From: a virus
Taxonomy: Duplodnaviria; Caudoviricetes
Virus record (IMG/VR): IMGVR_UViG_3300037851_000025
Span: 1-36,361 of that record
Direction: 5' to 3' (one strand)
DNA length: 36,361 nt
Part shown: piece by piece, positions 8,207-14,531 of the stretch
Layout of the letters: every line of letters starts with the position of its first letter
Numbering within the stretch: the stretch's first letter is position 1
Notes under the pieces: model-generated
What the model was told of the DNA's origin: nothing
The model's database searches: none
Seen by the model: the letters and a program-made list of their open reading frames with translations, nothing else
Translations under genes and position numbers: made by a program

Positions 8207-9062
8207 CGGTCTCCTCCTTCTTCCAGTTGACGCGAAGCACCCGCGTCTCCTCCCGCTTGACGACGTACTCGGACGCCTTCTGCATCCGGTACGTGACGTT
8301 CCCTTGCGGTGCCAGCAGCCGCGTCGCGGTGCCCATCTGCTCGGCCAGGCGGTTCTTGATGAGGGCGACGTGCTCGGCCGCGTCCTTCTCCGCCCTCTGC
8401 GCGAGACGCAACTCATCTAGGAGCAGCACTTGCTCGGCCGTGGCCGTGCGCTCCTCCTCGACCGGCTGGTGGCGCGCCGCGAGGTAGCGCCGATAGGCGT
8501 CGGTGCCGTCGACTTCCGGCGGGATACCCGTCTGGACGTGGTCGGTCCAGAACGCCACGGCGGCTTCGATGAGAGCGTCGATGAGCCCTTGGTCGCGGTC
8601 CACGCGATGGATGGCGATGTCGTCGGTGGCCGACAGCACGGCCACGTCCACCCACAGTCGGTCGGTGAGGGCCATCTGCCAGTTGGTCTGCACCCGCACC
8701 GCGGGCGGCGGGCCATCGGCATAGGAGCTGGCCCGCGAGGTGGCCTTGCACTCGACCAGTCCCGGCTCCCCGACGACACGCCGGTCGGGGTGGACGTACA
8801 GGAACGGGTACGTCTTGTGGCGCACGACGCCGATGCGGACAAGCTGCCGACCCGTACTCTCGGCGTAGGCGTCAGCGATGGCATCCTCGAGGATCTGGCC
8901 CATGCGCATCCGCCACGACTGCTCCTGCGCGGGACGCTCGCCGCGCTTCTCGAGGTAGACCTCGATGGGGGTGCGGTAGGACGACACGCCGACGATGGCG
9001 GCGACGTCGGTGCCGCCCAGCCCTTGCGTGCGCTCTTCGGCGGTCAGGATGGCGACACTCAT
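8199..9062 (-). CDS. YqaJ/lambda-exonuclease-family recombination exonuclease
   Basis: RTQGLGGTDVAAIVGVSSYRTPIEVYLEK, G..LEDAIA, PDR...LVECK, VQTNWQM. Directly upstream of recT; start at ATG 9062. Confidence 0.9.
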   Translation of the reverse strand: MSVAILTAEERTQGLGGTDVAAIVGVSSYRTPIEVYLEKRGERPAQEQSWRMRMGQILEDAIADAYAESTGRQLVRIGVVRHKTYPFLYVHPDRRVVGEPGLVECKATSRASSYADGPPPAVRVQTNWQMALTDRLWVDVAVLSATDDIAIHRVDRDQGLIDALIEAAVAFWTDHVQTGIPPEVDGTDAYRRYLAARHQPVEEERTATAEQVLLLDELRLAQRAEKDAAEHVALIKNRLAEQMGTATRLLAPQGNVTYRMQKASEYVVKREETRVLRVNWKKEETDD

Positions 9063-9553
9063 GCGACGGCCCTCCGCTTGGAGAGCGACAGCGGCGACAG
9101 GCCGGCGCGCTGGATGGGGCACGTCGAGTCGCGGCAGACGCCCGTCTCGGGCTCGCACCAGCGGCGGCACAGGTCATCGACCGCGCGCTCGTATGCCTTG
9201 ACGCGATGCTGCGCCAGCACGCCCGGCTTGCCTGCCACGCCGCGCCGACGCCTCGTGCCCGCGACGTGCTGGCACTTGCGCCCGCAGTAGCGGCCCGCGT
9301 TGCTGCCGTGGACGCGCGCCTTGCCGCACACCGGGCAGGGTGTCGTCCAGGCATCGCGGATGAGCTTCGCGAGGCTGGGCCAGTCGAGCAGGTCGGCCAG
9401 CGTCGCGGCGTGGCGCGGCAGCGGCCGATGGTCGCCGCTGCGCCAGCCGTAGACGGTGGACACCGGCAGGCCCATCTCCGCGGCCAACTGGCGGGCGGTC
9501 ACGCCGCGCTTCGTCATGGCCTGACGGATGGTCTGCCGGATGGTGTCGCTCAT
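9059..9553 (-). CDS. XRE-type HTH regulator fused to Cys-rich metal-binding domains (164 aa)
   Basis: IRQAMTKRGVTARQLAAEMGLPVSTVYGWRSG (HTH), then CPVC..YCGRKC and CRRWC..C....CP. Start at ATG 9553. Confidence 0.8.
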   Translation of the reverse strand: MSDTIRQTIRQAMTKRGVTARQLAAEMGLPVSTVYGWRSGDHRPLPRHAATLADLLDWPSLAKLIRDAWTTPCPVCGKARVHGSNAGRYCGRKCQHVAGTRRRRGVAGKPGVLAQHRVKAYERAVDDLCRRWCEPETGVCRDSTCPIQRAGLSPLSLSKRRAVA

Positions 9554-9666
9554 CGCCCTGCCATCGACACGAAGACGACGATCACGCCGATGAGGGCGAG
9601 GATGGCGAGCAGGCAGCCGCACCCGAAGCCCATGCCCTGACCCGCGCCCGTCTGGAAGCCACTCAT
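9550..9666 (-). CDS. 38-aa membrane micro-protein
   Basis: My own translation MSGFQTGAGQGMGFGCGCLLAILALIGVIVVFVSMAGR. Strong GAGGAGGGGG RBS; stop overlaps the next ATG. Confidence 0.7.
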   Translation of the reverse strand: MSGFQTGAGQGMGFGCGCLLAILALIGVIVVFVSMAGR

Positions 9667-9686
9667 GGATGTCCCCCTCCCTCTCC

Positions 9687-9818
9687 CTACGAGATGACGT
9701 GGACGGCGACGCCGCCGCCGAAGACGACGCCCGCCAGGAGCAGCACGAGCCAGCAGATGCGCGTGACGGCGGGGTCGATGGCCTCCAGCAGTTCGTCCAC
9801 GCGGTCCTCGAGGCTCAC
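9687..9818 (-). CDS. 43-aa membrane protein
   Basis: GTG start overlapping the upstream TGA. C-terminal hydrophobic ICWLVLLLAGVVFGGGVAVHVI. Confidence 0.6.
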   Translation of the reverse strand: MSLEDRVDELLEAIDPAVTRICWLVLLLAGVVFGGGVAVHVIS

Positions 9819-9988
9819 TTGTCGCCGTCCGGGTGTCCGAGGTGGAAGCGGTGACACGTCGCGCACTGGTACGGCTTGGGCCACGACTTGCGCAGGCGCC
9901 AGCGGTTGCTGGTGCGCAGCTCGTGCTTCGCGGCCTGCTCGGACGGGTACGCCTTCTTCGGCCTGCCCTCGGCGTTCACGCAGGACAT
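9815..9988 (-). CDS. small basic zinc-finger protein (57 aa)
   Basis: KKAYPSEQAA...PYQCATCHRFHL. TGATG overlap at 9988. Confidence 0.7.
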   Translation of the reverse strand: MSCVNAEGRPKKAYPSEQAAKHELRTSNRWRLRKSWPKPYQCATCHRFHLGHPDGDK

Positions 9989-10206
9989 CAGGGCCACAGC
10001 ACGAGCCTCCTCTCCAGCCGGTACTTGGCGATGCGCTTGCCGCTGTCGGTCGTGACCATCTCGGCGCGGATGTCGTTTCCGGCGGCACGCAGGTCAGCGA
10101 TACGGGCCGCGAGCCGGAACGAGCCGCACTCGCGCAGGGCATCCATCGCCGTGATGCCCTCGGGCCGGTCGATGAGGAGACGCAGGATCTCGTCCGTCTG
10201 GGTCAT
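9988..10206 (-). CDS. winged helix-turn-helix protein (72 aa)
   Basis: MTQTDEILRLL...ITAMDALRECGSFRLAARIADLRAAG...IAKYRL matches a common small phage wHTH family. Confidence 0.85.
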   Translation of the reverse strand: MTQTDEILRLLIDRPEGITAMDALRECGSFRLAARIADLRAAGNDIRAEMVTTDSGKRIAKYRLERRLVLWP

Positions 10207-10403
10207 GCGACCTTCCGCCGATCGCGTGTCGGGATGCCGCACTCGGCCATCCACTGCATGACCGTCCAGCGAGAGACGTTGAGCCGGGCCGCGACGGCCT
10301 CCTGGCTCAGTCCCTCGCCGTCGTAGAGGTCGCGCAGGACGACCGAGAGAGGCTTGCCGTGGGTGGCTTCGATGAGCCTCGCTGTCGGTGTACTTGTGGA
10401 CAT
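10203..10403 (-). CDS. Cro-like HTH protein (66 aa), first gene of the early operon
   Basis: LRDLYDGEGLSQEAVAARLNVSRWTVMQWM HTH. Divergent from a cI-like stub and directly below a consensus promoter. Confidence 0.8.
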   Translation of the reverse strand: MSTSTPTARLIEATHGKPLSVVLRDLYDGEGLSQEAVAARLNVSRWTVMQWMAECGIPTRDRRKVA

Positions 10404-10420
10404 GGCCTACAATGTAGGCC
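10404..10420. promoter_or_regulatory. perfect 17-bp palindrome, putative operator
   Basis: GGCCTACA-A-TGTAGGCC covers the -10 box and abuts the ATG of the cro-like gene. Confidence 0.7.
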
Positions 10421-10439
10421 GAGGTGGATGGGTTGTCAA
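10411..10439 (-). promoter_or_regulatory. sigma70/SigA-type early promoter, likely leaderless
   Basis: TTGACA (10439-10434), 17-nt spacer, TACATT (10416-10411), then ATG 7 nt downstream with no SD. Confidence 0.85.
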
Positions 10440-10471
10440 GTACTTGCGCGTCAACACAGTATCGGCAGGCA

Positions 10472-10484
10472 TATCCTCAGTCCC
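10472..10484 (+). promoter_or_regulatory. putative leaderless PRM-like promoter (-10 element only)
   Basis: TATCCT (10472-10477), 7 nt, then the GTG of the cI-like stub. No consensus -35 at 17 nt. Confidence 0.5.
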
Positions 10485-10592
10485 GTGGAGGAGGAACGGG
10501 CGGCCCGGCTGGCCTATGTCATCCGCTGGGCACGCGAGCAGAAGGGCCTGACGCCGCCACAACTGGCCGAGCGCTCGAGTCGTGCGGCGTAG
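10485..10592 (+). pseudogene. truncated cI-like XRE repressor (35 aa, lacks the recognition helix)
   Basis: MEEERAARLAYVIRWAREQKGLTPPQLAER matches XRE helices 1-2, then SSRAA-stop. The only plausible plus-strand gene, divergent from cro. Confidence 0.7.
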
Positions 10593-10645
10593 CGGCGGGT
10601 GACGGCCTCGATCTCGGCCTCGTACTCGGCCAGCAGCTCGTCCAT
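10514..10645 (-). pseudogene. probable 5' fragment of a helical protein that runs antisense into the cI stub
   Basis: MDELLAEYEAEIEAVTRRYAARLER has phage-like codon usage, then reads antisense through the cI stub. A TAGCCT -10-like box lies 6 nt before the ATG. Confidence 0.5.
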
Positions 10646-10690
10646 CGGCGCAGGCTAGGGGAGGGCCGTGCCAGCAGCGCGGCACAGACG

Positions 10691-10726
10691 AAAAGAAGCC
10701 CCGCCCACCCGAAGGTGAGCGGGGCT
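10691..10726 (-). terminator. rho-independent terminator ending the late operon
   Basis: Minus strand AGCCCCGCTCACC-TTCG-GGTGGGCGGGGCT-TCTTTT (13-bp stem with one G:U, cUUCGg loop, U tail), 18 nt after the last tail gene. Confidence 0.92.
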
Positions 10727-10744
10727 CTTGAGGGGGGAGGGGGC

Positions 10745-11281
10745 TCAGACGGAGTAGGTGATGGAGCCCATGACACGCTTTGCCGACCATGTGCTGTTGG
10801 TACCCCAATAGAGGTACGAGCCATTGGCTGCCATCGCGAAATACGCGCCAGTCGCATCTGACAGGACGAGGAAGACTGCGCCGAACGGCCCGTTCGTGAG
10901 CGGCAGCGAGATGCGCGCCTCATTGGTGTCCGATGTCGTCGGCCACGTCACGTCGAACTGCACCGTCACGAGCCGCCCGACCTTGGTGTAGCGCCCGGTG
11001 GCAGCCGAGAACGTGACGACGTTGGCGACCGGCGTGTAGTCGCCCTCTTCGTAGTCATCGAGGCAGTTGACATCGGACGACGCTACCTGGGTCGCGGGGA
11101 ACTTGACGCCCTCGACGTAGGCATCCTGCCAGCGGTACGAAGCCGAGCCGAGGTCGTAGGTGGAGTCCGTCGCAGGCAGGATGGAGTTGATGGTGTGGTC
11201 CGCGTTCCAGTTACTGGGTTGCACCAGTGACGTGTCGGCCCCGTCTGAGATGACGCTGACCTTGGTGTGGGTGACTGCCAT
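10745..11281 (-). CDS. minor tail / short tail-fibre-like protein (178 aa)
   Basis: QPSNWNADH, ILPATDSTYDLGSASYRW, LDDYEEGDYTP and GRYTKVGRLVTVQF are motifs typical of phage fibre proteins. Confidence 0.75.
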   Translation of the reverse strand: MAVTHTKVSVISDGADTSLVQPSNWNADHTINSILPATDSTYDLGSASYRWQDAYVEGVKFPATQVASSDVNCLDDYEEGDYTPVANVVTFSAATGRYTKVGRLVTVQFDVTWPTTSDTNEARISLPLTNGPFGAVFLVLSDATGAYFAMAANGSYLYWGTNSTWSAKRVMGSITYSV

Positions 11282-11293
11282 GGTGTCCTCTCG

Positions 11294-12736
11294 TTAGGTG
11301 GCGCGGAGTCGATAGGTGAGATGCACCTTCGGGTATGAGATCCCCGGCGAGCCTGATACCGAAGCGGCTACGCGGAGGACCACGTCGGTCGTGTCCAGCA
11401 GGAAGGGCGGGGCAGCAGTGGCGAACGTCAGGGCGATCCACGTATCGACGGACCCCGCTGACGTCCCCGCCGACGAGCGATTGGTGTAGGTGTCGCTAGC
11501 GTCGCCTGAGTAGAGCGTGAAGGTCCACCAGTTGGAGCCGTTGTTCGTAGTCGCGACATAGCTCCGGCCAGAGACGTGCTGCACGTACACCTGGAGGTCA
11601 CTCGGCAAGGCATACCGCTGGACGATAGCGGTTCCCGGCGCTGCTATGTCCTCGCCCTCGAAGTCGAGGCTGTACTCCTGCTCACTCAGCCAGTACGTCC
11701 CGTCCCAGCGGAATAGCATCCCGCCCCGGATGTCGGTGCGGTAGAAGTGGTCCCCGCTCGTCGGGGCGCCGGGAAACGCCGAACCGGCCCCGGTGAAGGC
11801 GAAGCCGCCCACGTCGATGGTGTCGGTCCACGTCTTGAGCCAGCGCAGGGCCGTCGTCCCGACCGTGTATGTGGAGTCGATGGCCGGCTTGAGGTCGCGG
11901 GCGATGACCCGCTCCTGCTGCGTCAGGAACACCTCGCTGATGCAGCACTCGGCCGTCGTCGTCGTGTCGGTCGTGTTGCGCCGCAGGCCGATGGAGACGC
12001 GCGCGTAGGCAGCGTCGTCGGGGATGGCGATGGCCGACGTGCGGACGGTGTCCTTGGAGTCAGCCGTCAGCGCCTTGGTGACCGTGACGCTGTTGGGCGA
12101 GGCCGTCGAGGCGAGCAGGTTGCCTTGGTAGAACGTGACGGTCAGGTACGCCAGCGCGCTGCTGTCGAGGTCGGGCACCTTGATGAGCGAGAAGCCCGCC
12201 TGGAGCTCGTAGACCTCGTCCGCGGTCGTCGTGACCGGCACGAGTTGCGTCAGGTAGGCGTCGTCCTCGGTGTAGCCGCCGCCGAACATCTGGAGGCGCA
12301 ACTGGTGGACGCCGGGGACGCCGCTGGTCGAGGCCGAGAAGGCACCACCGTAGAACGCGGTCGGCTCGAAGCCGGCATCGCTCTGCTGCTCCACGAAGGC
12401 CACGATCTGGCCGGACTGCGTCGGCTGGAAGGACCAGTAGGGGAGCATGTTGTAGGCGTCCACGATGACCGACTGCGGGGCCGCGGGCGGCACGGCGAAG
12501 TCGCCGTTGTAGACGCCCGCCTGTATCCAGCGACGCACCGACGCGCCGAAGCCCACGTCCGTGCCGATGGGCGAGAGTTCGCCCGTGAGCGGGTCGACGC
12601 CGACGACGTTGTAGTCAGTGTTGGCGTTGAACAGGCCGGCCCCGCTGATGGGGTCCACGATGCGCCCGGACCAGCCCTCATCGATGATCTGGCCGGGAAG
12701 GTCGGACGGGTTGTAGCCCGGAGGCAGGTACGTCAT
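11294..12736 (-). CDS. minor tail / receptor-binding-like protein (480 aa)
   Basis: Late-operon position; NGDF...W carbohydrate-binding-like domain, LKPAIDSTYTVGTTALRW, FPGAPTSGDHFYRTD. Confidence 0.65.
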   Translation of the reverse strand: MTYLPPGYNPSDLPGQIIDEGWSGRIVDPISGAGLFNANTDYNVVGVDPLTGELSPIGTDVGFGASVRRWIQAGVYNGDFAVPPAAPQSVIVDAYNMLPYWSFQPTQSGQIVAFVEQQSDAGFEPTAFYGGAFSASTSGVPGVHQLRLQMFGGGYTEDDAYLTQLVPVTTTADEVYELQAGFSLIKVPDLDSSALAYLTVTFYQGNLLASTASPNSVTVTKALTADSKDTVRTSAIAIPDDAAYARVSIGLRRNTTDTTTTAECCISEVFLTQQERVIARDLKPAIDSTYTVGTTALRWLKTWTDTIDVGGFAFTGAGSAFPGAPTSGDHFYRTDIRGGMLFRWDGTYWLSEQEYSLDFEGEDIAAPGTAIVQRYALPSDLQVYVQHVSGRSYVATTNNGSNWWTFTLYSGDASDTYTNRSSAGTSAGSVDTWIALTFATAAPPFLLDTTDVVLRVAASVSGSPGISYPKVHLTYRLRAT

Positions 12737-13920
12737 TGCGGGATGCTCGCGGTGTAGCGGTGGACCTGGCGCCCGCCGAACTCGACCTCTTGGATGCGGT
12801 CGCCCGTCCCGTTGAGGTAGCGGGTCACGACGCTGACGATGCGCAGCGGTTGGAGGAGGTCACCCGCGCTGCCGTAGGCGCCGGCCCACGGTCCGGGGTC
12901 AGCCCCTGCGCCGTTGAGTCCGTGGATGGCCGAGGTGACGTAGATGAGCTGCCCGCCCCGGAAGCGTGGCTCTTCGACGCCCACGTAGGTCGAGAACGAC
13001 CCGCGCGGCACCGGGTTGCGCGTGTCCTGCATGGCGAGTTTCGCCACTCGCAGGGCCTTCTCCTGCGTGTCGGCGTCGGGCGCCTGGATGTAGGCCGACC
13101 GCAGCCCGAAGAGGTACACCGAATGCGGCCCCGAGAGGAGGTCTTGGTCGCTGTACCAGCCGGAGCCGACGCTGTTGCGCCCCTGCACGTAATAGGAGTT
13201 CACGAGCGAGTCGGTGTCCCAGTCGATGCGCAGGTTCTCCGGCGCGAACTCCCCGGCGGCAGGACTCGTCGTCACGTTGACATTCTTGGGAGCGACGTGC
13301 CACGTCTCCGGGTGGTCCCGGTCATAGACGTGCAGCGCAGGTTGGAAGTCCATGTAGTAGTTCGCGCTGTCCGACGAGGCGGCCAGGATGCGCTCGAGCC
13401 CCTGCCGCAGCGTGAGGCGCGGCGGGAAGGTCTGCTGGCTCATCGACTCGGTGAGCGTCTGGACGTATCCCCAGTCGGTCAGCCCCTCCGACACGAGCGG
13501 CTGGCCGATGGCATCGAAGAGCCACATGATGCGCGCCCGGTCGGACTCGACGGTGCCACGCACGATGCTGGACTTGATGATGAGTCGATCGAGCAGCGAC
13601 GAGATGTCGCGGCACGTCACCGACTGCTCCCCGTAGATGGCAGCGATGGCGGCTCGCGGGCGTCCGATGTAGCCCCGGTAGACCGTTTCCCCGAGGTGGG
13701 AGATGCGGACCTTCCATTCGCCGCGCAGCGCGGTATAAAGGAGCGTCTTGTCGATGATGTCGAACGAGGCGATGGACTCATCGAGCGTGCCCGTCTCTTC
13801 CACGACGATGGAGTCCACGGGGACACGGTCGGTGATGTCCATGGTGTACGCACCGTCAGCCGGTCCGACGATGACCTGGATGGGCCTCGTGGTCGCCTTC
13901 AGGTCGCCTGTCCACATCAC
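12733..13920 (-). CDS. tail tip / baseplate-hub-like protein (395 aa)
   Basis: Second gene after the tape measure. DITDRV, YRGYI, VTCRDISSLLDR, YYMD..LH and SVYLFGLRS pattern of hub proteins. Confidence 0.6.
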   Translation of the reverse strand: MMWTGDLKATTRPIQVIVGPADGAYTMDITDRVPVDSIVVEETGTLDESIASFDIIDKTLLYTALRGEWKVRISHLGETVYRGYIGRPRAAIAAIYGEQSVTCRDISSLLDRLIIKSSIVRGTVESDRARIMWLFDAIGQPLVSEGLTDWGYVQTLTESMSQQTFPPRLTLRQGLERILAASSDSANYYMDFQPALHVYDRDHPETWHVAPKNVNVTTSPAAGEFAPENLRIDWDTDSLVNSYYVQGRNSVGSGWYSDQDLLSGPHSVYLFGLRSAYIQAPDADTQEKALRVAKLAMQDTRNPVPRGSFSTYVGVEEPRFRGGQLIYVTSAIHGLNGAGADPGPWAGAYGSAGDLLQPLRIVSVVTRYLNGTGDRIQEVEFGGRQVHRYTASIPQ

Positions 13921-14531
13921 GCCCAGCCGGCCTCCACGAAGCGCACGAAGAGGTCATAGGTCACGGTGTTGTCAGCGACGAGGTTCTTGATGGCGATGCC
14001 GTTGGAGGTACCGGCCGCGATCCAGAGTGCCTTCTCCCGGTCGCGTCCGAAGTCCACGTCGAACAAGGGGTTGACGGTCTGGTTCGTGATGGTCGACTGG
14101 ATGATGCCGTTGTGCAGCCCGCCGACATCGACCCCTTCGGTGCCCTTGCCCGTGGGCAGCGTGGCGGACGTGGCGCCCGAGGCGGCATCCGCAGGGTCGA
14201 GCGGGTCGGGGGTGATGGCCGAACCGCCGGTCCCCGCCGAGGACAGCCGGTAGATGCCGATGCGCGCCTGCCGTGTCGTGCTCGCGGCGGCGCGCTGGTA
14301 CACCGTGATGCGGCGGATGCCGACGCGCAGCGAGGCTCCGGCCATGACCTGGAGCAGATGCGAGTCCGCGGTGACGCCCGCGATGTTCAGGGCGGTGATG
14401 GTGTAGCTCGCGAGCGGCGGTTCGCTCGGCGCGTACATCCACTCCTCGACGGTGTTGGCCCCGTCCGTGCGCTGGAACGTCCTGACCTTGCGCGCGGTGC
14501 CCTCATCGAAACTGACGTATGACGTAGCCAT
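13917..14531 (-). CDS. putative minor virion/tail protein (204 aa)
   Basis: Immediately follows the tape measure (TGATG overlap). Beta-rich, Thr/Ala/Gly-rich. Confidence 0.55.
   Translation of the reverse strand: MATSYVSFDEGTARKVRTFQRTDGANTVEEWMYAPSEPPLASYTITALNIAGVTADSHLLQVMAGASLRVGIRRITVYQRAAASTTRQARIGIYRLSSAGTGGSAITPDPLDPADAASGATSATLPTGKGTEGVDVGGLHNGIIQSTITNQTVNPLFDVDFGRDREKALWIAAGTSNGIAIKNLVADNTVTYDLFVRFVEAGWA

Noticed and set aside
10745-12736. Diversity-generating retroelement targeting the tail-fibre genes
   Set aside because: No reverse transcriptase and no TR/VR pair differing at adenines was seen. The motif shared by the two genes is only protein-level similarity.
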